A DNA stretch of 64,000 nt. Source: Squalus acanthias (Eukaryota). Below, piece by piece: positions 63,866-64,000 of the stretch. Under the pieces are notes generated by a model that was not told the origin of the DNA, did not search any database, and saw only the letters and a list, made by a program, of their open reading frames with translations. Where the stretch lies: contig CM059433.1 of NCBI GenBank assembly GCA_030390025.1, positions 9,488,001-9,552,000 of the forward strand, given 5' to 3'. A program made the position numbers and the translations under genes. The first letter of the stretch is position 1, and every line of letters starts with the position of its first letter.

Positions 63866-64000
63866 TGACCAATTCAATGCTGTTTTCTGGATCAGCTTTC
63901 TTCAACTTGCCTTTATGAAAGCAGAGCCACAAAAAGGAAAAAGAAAAATAGTGTGCATTTATATAGTGGCTCAGGACCTCCCAAAGCAATTCACAGTCAA

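Overview
Repeat-dense vertebrate genomic DNA, most likely from a shark or other elasmobranch (inferred from HE1/V-SINE-like, DeuSINE-like and CR1/HER1-like repeats). The only host gene I can support is RNF144A (RBR E3 ubiquitin ligase) on the minus strand. Its first five coding exons are 19542-19676, 12049-12153, 11108-11168, 3754-3967 and 391-541, one intron appears to be GC-AG, and the gene runs off the left edge. The rest is mostly mobile DNA: (1) a near-intact 4.17-kb PIF/Harbinger transposon (54802-58973) with an intact spliced Myb/SANT gene and a DDE transposase broken by two stop codons, an older Harbinger relic, and many Harbinger-type MITEs with 3-bp TSDs; (2) a Tc1/mariner-type MITE; (3) CR1, L2 and RTE LINE fragments and three tRNA-SINE families; (4) a Penelope-like retroelement family carrying minimal hammerhead-ribozyme motifs. 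That family occurs as a GIY-YIG-linked 3' fragment, an 86-bp ribozyme-centred insertion, and a ~730-bp near-perfect palindrome with a hammerhead in each arm. Repeat boundaries without a TSD are approximate, and family names come from recall rather than database search.
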